A DNA stretch of 63,839 nt, filler included, from Octopus bimaculoides (taxonomy: Eukaryota): assembly GCF_001194135.2 (NCBI RefSeq). It is 5 parts of 5 records of this genome, joined end to end, with 100 filler letters (N's around TTAATTAATTAA, not from the genome) between each part and the next. Parts side by side here need not be neighbours in the genome. Positions count along the whole stretch, not along the records: positions 1 to 12,298 come from NC_068990.1; positions 12,399 to 29,934 come from NC_068981.1; 3 more parts are not named here. One strand, written 5' to 3'. The notes beneath the pieces were generated by a model. It did no database searches. It had not been told where the DNA came from and was given only the letters and a program-made list of their open reading frames with translations. Shown here piece after piece: positions 1-12,899 of this stretch. The first letter of the stretch is position 1; the number at the start of each line of letters is the position of its first letter. The position numbers were made by a program, and so were the translations under genes.

Positions 1-36
<36 letters not shown>

Positions 37-390
37 GTGTACGTGTACATGTATACGTGTACACATGTCTACGTGTACACGTATGTGCATGTTTATGTTT
101 TATATATGTGTTTGTAGGTGTGTGTATGTATATATATACATATATATGTTTATGTATGTGTAGGTATGAATATATTTTGCATGTATATGTGTGTGTGTAT
201 GTATATGTGTATATGTATATTTATTTATTTATTTATTTTATTTATATACGTTTTATATGAATATGTACTTCTTTATTTTACTTATTGTATCTTCCCTCAC
301 ACTTGCACCCCTGTATGTGTGAGTGTATGCACGTTTTTTTGTGTGCGTGTGTATATATATATATGTGTGTGTTGTGTATGTATGTATGTA
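1..390. repeat. (AT)n/(GT)n/(ATGT)n microsatellite mosaic
   Basis: Direct inspection; the C/V/Y/M/I-rich ORFs here are repeat translations. Confidence 0.95.
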
Positions 391-1235
391 AATAATGCAA
401 TTATACTCTGGTCAAGCCATAATTTTGATTTCTCTTGCATATTGTTAATTTTTTTCTTACATTCCTGGCTTTGGAGATTTTTGCAACACAAGCTTGTACA
501 GTACTTCATGTATAAGACAGCATTGAATTGTGCATGAAAACATCTTCTCATAGTACTTTCAGTTAGATTACCTTTTCACCATCTATGTAATTTAACCAAC
601 AATCTTAGTCTTGCATTCACCCTTTTCTAATGTGTACTCCTTTATACACTTCCCATCTACAATTCTCATCATTTCATTCAATTCACCATGAATGGGAAAT
701 TTCACTGGCAGAGGAGGCATGTAGCAAGAATATATAGAAATCAAACCTGGATCACTATATTGAATGCAAAAATAAGAAAAACAAGTCAAGAATACGATCG
801 CCATTTGCTAGAATGTTACCAACATCATAAAATAATCTGACATTCAAGACTTCAGATTTAACAACAATTTTTTTCACCTTTGGAGTGCTTTTTCCGACCA
901 AGACCACCACTATATATTCAGCACATTTTAGCCACCATGACCAGACAGCAAAAAGCAGTCAACAGGCAAGAACAGAACCCACAACAGTCCAGAGTATTGT
1001 CACAACACAAAAGCAATTGACAGCAGTGACAGCAAAACACAATGATCAGCTAACATCAAGAAACTCATGACCACAACTACAATCATACCTAGTGGAAGAA
1101 TAATAAGCTTTGAATTTGTTGTTCATAGTAGCATATTTTTTTTGTTTATGATAAAAAAGAAACATTTTTTTGTCAAATATCACAAATAGAAATGTGTTCC
1201 TTATTGTAACACACACACACACACACACACACATA

Positions 1236-1840
1236 TTTGAGGGGCAACTGAAAAGTTCATAGGCTGATGCAGATGCTCTCATGGAATGTGACCAAATGAG
1301 GTTTGTTTTTCAATATAGTCCCCCTTGCATTGGTGTTGCAGTGCTTGGATCCCATTGGTGAAGAAGCTTTCATCCTGTTGGTCAAAAAATCATCAACAGC
1401 AGATATGACGTCATCATCCTGTGATATTGGTTCCCAGCCAAGTGTTTTTTCATATTTGGGAACTGATGATAGTCAGACAAGGTCACAGTCATTGAAAGCA
1501 ATGACTTGTATACTGGAGCATTGTCCTGATGAAACAAAGACCCCATTTGTCAGTTTTCCTGAGTGTTTGATCTTTATAGCCATTCATAATTGCCTCAGTG
1601 AGTTGGCATTGATGGTGAGGCCCTTTTGAAGATAGTGAATAAACACAATTCCTTTTGCATCCCAAAAAGCTGAGGCCATCACCTTCCCTGCAGATGAAAT
1701 GACTATGGCCTTCTTTGGAGCAGGTGAGAAAGGGTGTTTCCACTGCTTAGATTATCTCTGTCTCTGACTCACAGTGATGAAGCCACCATGATACAATGTT
1801 GAAACAAGGATTCAATGTTGATGGACCAAAATTACCAAGG
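1236..1840 (-). mobile_element. Tc1/mariner transposon remnant (transposase C-terminal half plus one TIR)
   Basis: TA followed by a mariner-type terminus (TGAGGGGCAACTGAAAAGTTC) at about 1236. The minus strand gives frameshifted ...SQDDDVISAVDDFL... and a decayed equivalent of the HxDNA / YSPDLAPSD region. Confidence 0.75.
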
Positions 1841-2609
1841 TACAAATGCAATTTAGGTTATGAATAATATATACATATTTGTGTGTGTAAGCCTAATGTG
1901 TGTATATATACAATATATATATATATATATATATATACACCATCAAAAGCATAGATGTGCCTTAGTATTTTGTAATCACATTGATACTTGAGGAAGTATT
2001 TCCAATTGTGGCCTTGAATTGACCAATACCTTGTCATTGGAATTCAGTAGTCAGGGAGCTGTATTCAAGTTTTTTGTGTATCATAATCACTGTCATCATC
2101 ACTTTGCATTTGATTTTCATGCTGGCATGGGTTGGGTGAGACATCATGGTCTGAGCCAGTTCTTATTCAGAGATACTGGTCAGAGAACCATATCTTGCTT
2201 ATGTTTTTTTTTTTTGTGACTCAGTTTCTACTACTGGATACTCTTCCTAATACCAATCACTTTACAGAATGTACTGGGTGCATTTTATTGTGGCACTAGC
2301 ACTAGAGAGGTTGCTATGGACTTTATAGACTAAGGAGTTCTTAAGACTGTCCCTTCTCACTTGCCAACCACTTAATGGTTGAATTTATTAGTGACACCAA
2401 CTCTAGTGGGGTTCCTTTATAGCTCATAAGGTTAAAGAGTCCTCACCACTTTATAATATGCTTTTTTTTTTTACTTAGAGCTATGTGGCTGAGGAAATGA
2501 ATAAAAGACACTGATGACTGAAAAGATAGGGATTATAATAAAAATGGTTTCTCATTGTGATTTGCTCCAGACTATGCTAAGATTGCCAAATCAGTGTTTG
2601 AGCACATGC

Positions 2610-3800
2610 TGAAACTGGGTAGAGTTTGTCCGTCTAGCAGCATAAAGGTACTCATTCTCTTGACATCATGGTTAAGTTGATCTTGAAATTTTTTAACTTG
2701 GTGAATTTCTGTGGTCAATTTATTCTCCATTGAGTGGAACTTCATTAACCCTTCACAAATATCCAATGAAATCGCACAAGAATCATCTCATTACTTTTGT
2801 TGTTTTTCATAAAATTAAGATGGTTTTAACTGACACAACTAAGTTCATCCTAATCCCAAAGTACTACTATGTTTGTTATTTGATGTTGGTATTGGTGGGG
2901 TCCTTCAGCAGTGCATTAATGGTACATGGCAACCACTTTCTTTCTTTTCCAAGCAACTTACTGTAGTTGAAACAAAGTGCAATGATTTTGTCAGGAACTA
3001 CTAGCAGCATAACTTGGTGTTAAACATTTCCAGCAAATCCTTGAAATTCTGTTTTCCCCATTCACACTAATCATAAACCTCACATGTGCTTTGAATTTCT
3101 TGCCTGACTATCACTCTCCTAGAGATATTTACCTGTGACATGTTTGTCACATTAAAGGCTCAGATCTGCTGCAGTGCACTTCTTCACACATTTGCCTCTA
3201 TCAGTCTGCAAGAGCAAAATGAAAAACTTCTCAGACTTCAAAAATTCTTTAACTTTTGAATTTCCTCTACCCTGTTCTCCAGATTATATTTATTATGACA
3301 TCTCTACAGGTCATGAATACCTTTATGTATCATAGAAGCACAACCATATAGTTTTCTCTACTCTACAATCTAATCAAACCCTGGTACCAGCTACACCCTG
3401 AGGTTGATATTGGCCCATTTTGTGTGGACAGTATCAGCAAAGACTTAAGGGAATATGACAGAAATAGCATCCATTGTCAGAAGACAAAAATTCATCACTG
3501 TTAAAACACCTTTGGACTATTTTTTCGACATCTGATGCATGTTTTCAATATGTACATATTAACACTGTAAACCAACTGTCTCTTTTTCTAAACTATATGC
3601 ATCTTTTTACCTGTGTGAACTGATTTTCTTTTTGAATTGAAGCTATCTCCCTATTAGATACCATGGCAGAAACTATTGCTCATGTGCTAGTATAACACTG
3701 AATTTCACATTTTGGTATACCCATTCCCATTGCAACAGAAGGAAGTTGTCAGATCAAATGAAACTACTTCACTGAATTCATACATCTTGGCTGTAAACAA
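2610..3800 (+). pseudogene. Highly degenerate Gypsy pol (protease to RT)
   Basis: Motif ghosts in the correct order on +: LAA..GT, LDL..EFLWS (protease region), then SKDL... and KTPFGLF (about 3505-3525; RT TPFGLFEF motif). Many stops and frameshifts. Confidence 0.5.
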
Positions 3801-4824
3801 CACTACTTTGTTTTCTATTCTTGGAATCATTGCCTTCCATACATGCTTTTAACAACTGAGGATGAACTGAAAGCAAACATCTTGTTCATCTTATTGTTAA
3901 ACTTCTATCTTGGCAGTCAAAAGAATTGGGTAGAATCCCCTGTATCTGAGCAACCTTATTTAAGAAGAGAACTGCCCATTCAGGTACTAGGAAAGGACTA
4001 GAAACGGTGTCCCAAACATTTCTTATCTCACATGCTGATCAATTTAACATGAATGATGGCTGTTCAATACAACAGGAGCAACATATGTAATGAAGAACAA
4101 ATATAAAATGTAAATACATAAACAAGCAAAGGATACATCCACAAAGTGCTGCTGGAATGTGTAAACTCTGTTTGAAAATGCAAAATCCTATAGACTTGAG
4201 TACAGTAATGGTCTTGTTACAGCACAGCTGGGTTGATACAGGATCAATTGCTGCATTTTCTGAGACACAATTGTCTTGGGAAGGCTATGGCTACAGTTTC
4301 TTTTGGAGGGGCTGAAGCAAGAAGTTAGAGTCAGCTTTGTGATCAAGAAGAACCTAGCTGATAGGCTAGATGAGATGCCATCCAATGTGACTAACCACAC
4401 CATTAAATTCAACTTGCTGCTGTTTTGCAGGTGTCACATGACTTTCTTTTCTGTGTGTGTGTGTACCAGATTTTCATTCATAGTAAGAAACTCTCTTTTC
4501 TATGAAAATCTTAGAAATGCCATTCTTTCCATAGCCACTAGGAACAAAATCATCCTATCTGGCCTAGTTGGTCACAGCTGCAATATATAGTCAAGTTAGG
4601 GACATTTTGGCTGAGGTAAAAGGAATACAAATGGTCTATTCTTGCTGTAGCTATTTTCCAGGATGGATTTTGTGATAGGTGATGCACTATTTCACCAGAG
4701 ATACAGATTTAAGTTATGTACACCCATATTTTGTCAAAGCAAGACTTTGTCATAAAATGTAAAAGTGACGTTTGTGGTCTCTGTCACTTTAAAGTTTTGT
4801 GTAGGGTTAGGGTTATGAAGTATT

Positions 4825-6020
4825 GTGTGTAATATAATCCAAGAACTGCCAGTGGAAGCACGTGATATAAAAATGAAATCCGTAGAGGATAGTTACATTA
4901 CAAGAATGAAAGAAACATTAAAAAATAAGCGTAATAAAAATACAAATTCAAATAATTTCTTACTATGCAACGATGTCTTAATGTACGTGCAGAGAGTAGT
5001 AGTACTAAGTGCACTACAGAAACGAGTATTGCAATAATTTCACAGTGAGCATCAGGGAATGTCCAGAATGAAAGCTTTAATGAGGAGCTTTGTATATTGG
5101 CCAACTATGGACAAGGACATCGAGAAATTGTGAAAGCATGTGGAGGTTGAGTGTTGGCAACCAAAGCACCACCAGTAAAATACCAATTGTCGCCAGAGAC
5201 TGAGAGCCCATGGCCCAGGATACATATCAACTACACTGGACTAGTGAACGTCGCATACTATCTAATCGTTGTGGATAGCTATACAAAGTAGCCAGAAGTA
5301 TGCAGATGTAATAAACCCACAGCAAAGACAACAATAAAGTTCCAACTCGAGTTTTTTGCTCAATACAGTATTCCAGACACATTAGTTTCAGATAATGGAA
5401 CACAATTCACGATACATGCCATAAAGCACATCTTTACCCCACTCTACCACCCGAGGTCAAAAGGGCAGGCGGAAAGATTTGTCAACGCGTTCAAAAGAGT
5501 TCTAAGAAAGCTAGGAACAAGCTAAATAATGATGAGGCACTATCAAAATTTTTGAGAGTATATAGAATAACGCCAAATCCAAAAACTAATTCAGGAAAGT
5601 CACCAGTAGAGTTAATGTTCGCATGTAAAATAAAATCGATCTTTGATAAATTATCGCCGAGAAAAAATATATTTGAAGGAAAGACAAAAAAGACATTTGA
5701 AAGAAATACAAGAAATATTACAAAACATTTCGAAGTAGGAGATAAATTTCATTTTTAAAATTACAAAAATGATAAAGAAGGTTGGGAGGATGGCTGTGTA
5801 ATCAAAATATTAGGTAACATGATGTATTTAATTAAAGGACAATGTTTGGAACATAAAAGAAACCTTAACCAGTTAAAGATGAGACATACAGAAGAACGAT
5901 GGAAGTCTTCTATGATATGTTTGAAGTGCTAGTACCGAGAGATATTGAAACCCGTAGAACGAGCTTCAGAAAATGAAAACAGACTGAATATCTGGAGGTA
6001 GTAGTTAAACGAAAAAGATA
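4825..6020 (+). pseudogene. Gypsy (Mag/K02A2.6-like) integrase, decayed
   Basis: Frameshifted translation: HSEHQGMSRMKALMRSFVYWPTMDKDIE (zinc-binding HHCC region), PWPRIH, LIVVDSYTK, VSDNGTQFT, TPLYHPRSKGQAERFVNAFKR (DDE), FLRVYRITPNPKTNSGKSPVELMF. Confidence 0.88.
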
Positions 6021-6241
6021 TTAAATTTTCAAAAAGAAACAAAAAACAAAATAAAAACAAGAGTGCTTAGTACAATGAAAAGAAAAAGTGCTGTGTGTAA
6101 CGAACAATACTACCTTAAAAGTTGAGCAACAATTAAGATACAACAGCTAAAAGAAAAAAAGTGGGAAAGGTGCTGGAAAGAAAAAAAAAAAAAAAAAAAA
6201 ATTCAACTTTCTCACAGTAGTCGAAATCTCAAAAGCGGGGA

Positions 6242-6498
6242 TGTGATGAGAGTTACGACGCCCCCTTGTGAGAGATAGACTGGTCTGAGTAAAGTATAAA
6301 TAGTAACAATCCGAGTGAATTCGAGGTTCAGAGTTCGGAGACGAGTAATGTTCGTGTTAGTTTGCAGTGAAGTCGGAAGGTGTCGGTTGGTTAGTTTACA
6401 CCGAATATTGATTGTTGGTTCATAAAGAGATTTGTTAGTTCGTTACAGTGTTGTTACTGTTGCCTGGTTATCTTATTTATTGTACGTAACAAATTACA
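6242..6498 (+). mobile_element. 3' LTR of the Mag-like element
   Basis: Polypurine tract AAAAGCGGGGA ends at 6241, immediately before TGTGATG. TATAAATA box at about 6295 and CATAAA at about 6421. Ends ...CGTAACA (6491) or ...TTACA (6498). Confidence 0.7.
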
Positions 6499-6499
6499 T

Positions 6500-8240
6500 T
6501 GCAACAAATGACCATGTATCGTGCCACACGAAGCGACTGACGTCTGCGGTGGGACGCTGCGTGAGTAGAGACAGATGACGAGGGAAGCGACGATTGTGGA
6601 CTTGAAGTCAGCATATTTGCTAGTGTGAGAGAGAAACTGTGACAGTATGAGCTGGTGCGATACAAGGGCCAGACATAGTGTTTGACTAGGCTGAGTTTCG
6701 GGCTAAATTCCGCGATCATGGCGACAGTGCTCAAGTCTATCCTGGGAAAGGTGGACAGGATAAGGGCTACCAGTTCCTATATAGACAACATCTTGGTAGA
6801 TAAGACTGTAGTGTCTGCCACACACGTTGTAAGTCATCTCAAGGTGTTCGAGCTGATTGTGAATCCACCGGAGCCAATGGTTGGACGAGCCGCACTGAGC
6901 CTCAGGCTTGAAAGAAATAAAACAGACTCATTGGTGTTTCGGAGGGGAAATGAAATTCCGGAACTGGGTGCCAGCGTCAGCAGAAGAGAACTATTCTCGA
7001 TGTGTGGGAGGATAGTGGGACACTACCCAATCATGGGGTGGCTACGGACAGCGTGCGGCTACATGAAGAGACGAACAGAAGGGGAAAACTGGAGAGACAA
7101 AGTGGAGGATGCGGGAGATCCTAGAAAGGACAAGAGCAGAGGACCTAGTAAGAGGGAACTGGTACATGCCCAAATTGGAGAATGGGACCGTATGGTGCGA
7201 TGCAAGCAATAGGGGTTGTACTGGAAATCTGAGGCGTCGAAGTGGAGGCTCAGAGTGAAAAAGGCCTGGTTGGTGGAGCCGGAAGATTCGAAGCAGGGGA
7301 TAGCTGCAGTGAGTCGGTTAAGTGACTCGACGCTAAGGAGACTACATGCTATGCATCATATGGGCATGGATAGAACCCTGTATCATTCCAGGGTGGGGTG
7401 ATGCTAACTTTACTAGGCAGAGCATCCAAAAGGTGGTCGGGAATTGTGATAGGTGTCAATCCATTTACCCTACTCCAGGTGTGCATGAGCAGGGAAACAT
7501 CTCGGTAGAGCACAACTGGAGACGATTAGCGGTGGATGATATGTTACTGGTAGGGGATGTATCTCTTGATGGTCGACTGTGGGCCGGGTTCGATGGCCAT
7601 TTGGAGGGAATTGAAGACAGATACTGCAGACGAAATTGCACGTATCCTGTATGAGATATTCATGGAGCGGAGCCCTGTGGACGAATTGCTGATGGATAAT
7701 GGCACTGCATTTCGTTCGGAGATACTGAAGGAGATGCTTGATAAGCGGAATGTGCACCGCTTCTTCAGAGCAGCGTACAGGCCAAGTAGAAATGGGATTT
7801 TGGAAAGACACCATTGTACAATCAAGGCCATGGTGGAGAGAGGGCGCATCTCACTACTGGAAGCAGTGTTCTGGTACAATATGTCGCCCCGATCAGAACA
7901 GGCCGAAGAGACTGTGCTACACAGTGCGATATTCAGATATGAATGGCGGCATCTGAGTAAACCATCAGAATGCCCTACAGAAGAGAGAGAGCCTGTCTTT
8001 GTGGAGCTGGGAGATGAAGTCTGGATCAAGTCTCTGAAGGCACGGAACAGTGACGACTGTTAACTCCAAAAATAACGTTTCTGTGGATGGAATGCTGTGT
8101 CACGTCTTGGATGTTTACAGGATTGTCGCTTTGACGGACGACGAACGTGGAGGGGAAGTGAATGAGGCTCCCTCCCTACAAGGATTACAGCGTGTAAGGC
8201 GTCCACCCAGGTGGATGGCAAATTTTGACGTGGAGTAAAG
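6500..8240 (+). pseudogene. Second Gypsy-like pol: RT, truncated RNase H, integrase
   Basis: TIVDLKSAY, TRLSFGLNSA, SYIDNILV (YxDD with D to N), VWCDAS (first RNase H Asp), HHMGMDRTLY..CDRC, LLMVDCG, LLMDNGTAFRS, RNGILERHH (DDE). Frameshifts throughout. Confidence 0.88.
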
Positions 8241-8282
8241 TGAAGTGATCTTTGAGATCAGTAATGGTGGTGGTGGTGGGGG

Positions 8283-8574
8283 TGTCGGGATGAGATGTGC
8301 CAGAAGGAAAGGGCTGTAACGTCAACGGTCAAGGGGCTTGACCGAAACAGGAAGGGTGGGAGAGGAAGTGAGGGAAGGGTCCTCCTCTTTTGCTTTGGGT
8401 GCTCGTGAAATTGACATGAGGCGAGTGAGCTGAGAGGGATTGGTTTTAGCAGTTGCTATCGTTAGGTACACGGGCAGGGCGTGAGTTTTGGATTGAGTAC
8501 AGCTGGACGGCAGACGACCAGAAGTTAGGCGAACCTTTTCTTATTTCTCCGCATTACAGTTCCCTCGTACAACA
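8283..8574 (+). mobile_element. 3' LTR of the second Gypsy-like element
   Basis: G-rich PPT (GGTGGTGGGGG) followed by TGTCGGGATG; ends CGTACAACA at 8574, where an unrelated integrase frame resumes at once. Confidence 0.65.
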
Positions 8575-8810
8575 GGAACCCGATTTGATAGTAAGAAGCT
8601 CCAGGACTTCCTTCACGCCAATGAGACAGTAAAAACTCGAACCTCTCCCTATCGATCTCAAGTCAATGGCCAATGTGAAACAACCAACGGCACCCCCACG
8701 AAGAACATAAATCTAGCACTTAGTCCTCTACAACTCGATAAAGGACAATGGTCGACGGCTCTTTTTTTTTTCCATGACACTATCGGCCATATGAGAACTC
8801 CTCTGTACAG
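8575..8810 (+). pseudogene. Third Gypsy integrase core fragment
   Basis: GTRFDSKKLQDFLHANETVKTRTSPYRSQVNGQCETTNGT corresponds to the DNG...TPYHPQxNGxxER region; begins exactly at the LTR end. Confidence 0.7.
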
Positions 8811-9039
8811 CAAATGTCCAGATTTTCAAGATCATCAACAGTTGAAACCATTCTACCTGAATACCTCTATAGTGAAATGTCTGCAGTGGCTATCATGTTC
8901 TTGACATCGGGGTTACCATTTTATAGTGATGTTGATTAAGTGACATCCTATAATTTAATAAGCATGAGAGAAAGAGGGGTCACCATCTTGTACGTAAACG
9001 ACTAGAAAATAAGAATTTGCGAGACGTTTGTAATAAGTC

Positions 9040-10350
9040 ATAACATATTTATTACTGGAGGTAATGCGCTAACATATAAGGTTTGTAAAGAACGACCGTG
9101 CGAACCAAAGGAGATGGCGATGAACAGGAGAAGGTTCCTTTTAACGCGTCGCACGGTCTCTACAAAACATGTAATGTAGCATAACAGGGCTCGCAATGTG
9201 AGATGCGAGCAAGTGCCAGCAAAGGAAAGAGAGAGAGACAGAGACACAACCGTTAAATATATATAAAGAGTAGGTTTATTAGCATAGTGAACTGTGTGTC
9301 TGTGTGCGTGCATGCGACAATATAAACAATATATATTGATATATGACAGGCCTTCATGTGTATACAATAATATGTGTGTGTGTGAATGAGAAATACAGAG
9401 AATGGATTAAGTGTCTGTAACACATTAGATAAGCATCGGAACACATAGATAGAGAAATACCAGTTCATAGAAGAGTTACACAGTAGGTAGAATGTTCGTA
9501 TGCAAGAGGTTGTGGCCGAATAGCAGAGCTGTGGTGTCACATGTCGTGAGTGAAGTTGAGGCTTCTATGCTGAGCCGGTTACTTGGTACAGAAGATTCTC
9601 GCAGGTTGTCCTGGCTGTTATTTTCGCGGTGGAAACAATCCACACAAACAGTGTTGAGACGGAACCGCGGTTGCTGTTGTGTACTTTGGTGGGGGTGTTG
9701 GCACTGGCAACGGAACTGCAGTAGACAGTAGATCGGTGGTGTTGACGTCGTCGCTGGAAACTGGCTGGTTGGTATGTGGTCAAACGACCAAACCTGTGAG
9801 AGGTCTGAAGACGAGACAAACTGGCTATTTATAGATAAAAAAAGGGCTCCAGAAACAGCACAAAAACTCTCTCTCACGTGACCTTAACAGAAGGCCACGA
9901 TTGGTCGGTATGCACCCTGGCGCGAAACAGAACTGGGGATAAATGCCGCGCAAATAAGAGCCAATCAGGGTGGTGGACACAAGGGTCCAAGCGGTCAAAA
10001 GCTAGATGTTAGCCGCTACGTTATCATTTGTAAATAAATACCCGAGAGAGAGGTTTCACTACAGGTTAATTGAAGGAAAGCTTGTAACATTACATGAACA
10101 TATTCTTTTGCGACCACATGTCTCAAAGCAAGAAGGCGAACATACGCGTGAGCGAGTGTATAAGTGAGTGGCGTGACTCAATGCTTGTCTAAGAATCGAC
10201 GGGCAATGAGTAATTTCTTTATTTGCCTATCGATGGGCAATGAGAGAATTTCTTTATTGCCTTAGAAGGGCATACATAGAAAAGCACAAATGAAGGGCCA
10301 GGGAAAACAACGGACTGTCTTACAGGGGAAGGGGTAGGGGTGTTACAAAC
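9040..10350 (-). mobile_element. LTR-retrotransposon-derived mosaic (LTR-like sequence plus degenerate gag/pro junction)
   Basis: Minus strand begins TGTAACACCCC at about 10347 (a typical LTR start). Minus-strand ghost RTFYLLCNSS (about 9480-9500) resembles the gag-pro RLFYxxD motif. Boundaries and orientation are uncertain. Confidence 0.4.
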
Positions 10351-11321
10351 ATGAAATCTATGATGAAAAACGGTATGAAGTTAAAAATTAAATGAAGTTA
10401 AAATATATAATAAATATACTGAAATATATATATATATGCACCTATACATACATATACACATACACATATTTTCCGTGTTTATTTTCANNNNNNNNNNNNN
10501 NNNNNNNNNNNNNNNNNNNNNNNNNNNNNNNNNNNNNNNNNNNNNNNNNNNNNNNNNNNNNNNNNNNNNNNNNNNNNNNNNNNNNNNNNNNNNNNNNNNN
10601 NNNNNNNNNNNNNNNNNNNNNNNNNNNNNNNNNNNNNNNNNNNNNNNNNNNNNNNNNNNNNNNNNNNNNNNNNNNNNNNNNNNNNNNNNNNNNNNNNNNN
10701 NNNNNNNNNNNNNNNNNNNNNNNNNNNNNNNNNNNNNNNNNNNNNNNNNNNNNNNNNNNNNNNNNNNNNNNNNNNNNNNNNNNNNNNNNNNNNNNNNNNN
10801 NNNNNNNNNNNNNNNNNNNNNNNNNNNNNNNNNNNNNNNNNNNNNNNNNNNNNNNNNNNNNNNNNNNNNNNNNNNNNNNNNNNNNNNNNNNNNNNNNNNN
10901 NNNNNNNNNNNNNNNNNNNNNNNNNNNNNNNNNNNNNNNNNNNNNNNNNNNNNNNNNNNNNNNNNNNNNNNNNNNNNNNNNNNNNNNNNNNNNNNNNNNN
11001 NNNNNNNNNNNNNNNNNNNNNNNNNNNNNNNNNNNNNNNNNNNNNNNNNNNNNNNNNNNNNNNNNNNNNNNNNNNNNNNNNNNNNNNNNNNNNNNNNNNN
11101 NNNNNNNNNNNNNNNNNNNNNNNNNNNNNNNNNNNNNNNNNNNNNNNNNNNNNNNNNNNNNNNNNNNNNNNNNNNNNNNNNNNNNNNNNNNNNNNNNNNN
11201 NNNNNNNNNNNNNNNNNNNNNNNNNNNNNNNNNNNNNNNNNNNNNNNNNNNNNNNNNNNNNNNNNNNNNNNNNNNNNNNNNNNNNNNNNNNNNNNNNNNN
11301 NNNNNNNNNNNNNNNNNNNNN

Positions 11322-12297
11322 TTCCGAACAGGTTGACCAGTTGTTCGTCATCAAAGACTAGAGTTCCCCCAGGACGTCATTGGACCTAAACTTTACCAAC
11401 CCGCTATAGAAATCCGCAGTGGTAACCTCACCGCTGGCACTGCTCGCCCGGGAGAACAGAGTAAGCGCTTGTCTGCACTCCTTTTGCAATTCTCCCATCT
11501 TAGGTCTCCACAATTGTGGGAAAAGCTGCTTGGCATGCGGTGACCACACCTGCTCACCATCCAGGTAGTGCTGGAGGTATCTCAGCCTCAACGTGTGCTT
11601 GCGTATCATCAGCCAAGGCATCCCCAGTCCACCCTTTAATGGTTTTTGGCAGAAGATGGAGTGCCTCACACGTGGTTGTTTCCCCTTCTACAAAAAGCGG
11701 AAAAGGATCCGTTCTAGCTTGGTCAGCCACAAACTGGCGCAAGGCACGACGGTCAGGTGGTAAATTATTACAGATGCTATAAACACCTGTGCAACCTCAG
11801 CCTTCCCTAGCAAGGATAACGGCCTCCCAGACCAGGTCTGGGTTATGGCCGTCGCCTTACTCGCTACCTCACTCCAGTTCTTCTACACCTGGAGATCTGA
11901 TGCAAACCAGATTCCGAGCAATTTAACTGGGCCCTCCGTCCAGAGTCCAACGACGCTATCAGAAGGCATCGACTTTCCACGCCAGGTGCCGAGTTGCAAG
12001 CCGACTGATTTTTCCTGGTTAATTTTTGCTCATGCCACCGCTTCGTATCCTTTGATGGATATCTTCTACACGAGGTGGCTGCCCTTCATCAGATACGATG
12101 GTGGTAACATCATCTGCATATGCCGTTACAACTCTACCATAACATAGATCACGCGGGTCCCCCCCCCATCGTCCCCAATCTCCGCAGTAGTGGCTCAAGA
12201 GCCAGTATATATAGGAGCGGGGAAAGGGGAGAGCCCTGACAAACCGAACGTTCAATTGCGAACAGGCTTGAGAAGAACCCATTCACTTGGAAAGTTG
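11322..12297 (-). pseudogene. Tx1/L1-clade LINE reverse transcriptase fragment
   Basis: Frameshifted RSVCQGSP...YILALEPLLR, VTAYADDVT (YADD), and downstream FCQKPLKGGLGMP..R..LRLRYL, typical of L1/Tx1 ORF2. Gaps on both sides. Confidence 0.8.
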
Positions 12298-12398
12298 ANN
12301 NNNNNNNNNNNNNNNNNNNNNNNNNNNNNNNNNNNNNNNNNNTTAATTAATTAANNNNNNNNNNNNNNNNNNNNNNNNNNNNNNNNNNNNNNNNNNNN

Positions 12399-12450
<52 letters not shown>

Positions 12451-12489
12451 ATATATATGTGTGTGTGTGTGTATATATGTTTGTGTGTC

Positions 12490-12692
12490 TGTGATAGTCC
12501 TGTCTTAGTCCTCCAACCATCTCTTGACAACTGATGTTGGTATGTTTACGTTCCCGTTTGTTAGTGGTTCAGCAAAAGAGACTGATAGTATAAGTACTAG
12601 GCTTACAAAGAATAAGTCCTGGGGTCAATTTGTTCAACTAAAGGTGGTGGTCTAACATGGTCGCAGTTAAGTGACTGAAACAAATAAAAGAA
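12490..12692 (+). mobile_element. Octopus-type SINE 3' half (family A tail)
   Basis: CTTGACAAC...GGTTCAGCAAAAGAGAC...AAGTACTAGGCTTACAAAGAATAAGTCCTGGGGTC...GACTGAAAC; homologous to more than 8 other copies in the window. Confidence 0.88.
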
Positions 12693-12710
12693 TAAAGAAT
12701 ATATATATTA

Positions 12711-12763
12711 CGGGCATGTACTTGCATAGCAAGCGACCTGATCTGAGATCGTGTGCTGGAATG

Positions 12764-12765
<2 letters not shown>
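12711..12765. repeat. Terminal fragment of a (TA)n-embedded repeat, also present at 47310-47365
   Basis: ATGTACTTGCATAGCAAG.GACCTGATCTGAGATCGTGTGCTGGAA occurs at both loci, each abutting (TA)n. Confidence 0.8.
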
Positions 12766-12805
<40 letters not shown>

Positions 12806-12899
12806 AATCTTTTTTGTTTTTTTATCAGTTTCAGCTCAAAGCTGTGGCCATGCTGGGGCACCGCCGTTTTGCTCCTCTGTTATCACTGAGAGCCTCCTC

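Noticed and set aside
592-804. 70-aa minus-strand ORF with protein-like composition
   Set aside because: No recognisable motif or convincing splice sites; within chance expectation.
10392-11389. Long ORFs in the track spanning N gaps (also 37-38, 44-45, 47-48, 49-50, 55-57 and 60-61 kb)
   Set aside because: They consist of X residues and microsatellite translations.
12343-12354. TTAATTAATTAA islands inside N runs (also 29979-29990, 60129-60140, 62136-62147)
   Set aside because: An identical 12-mer flanked by Ns on both sides is a scaffolding or linker marker, not biology.
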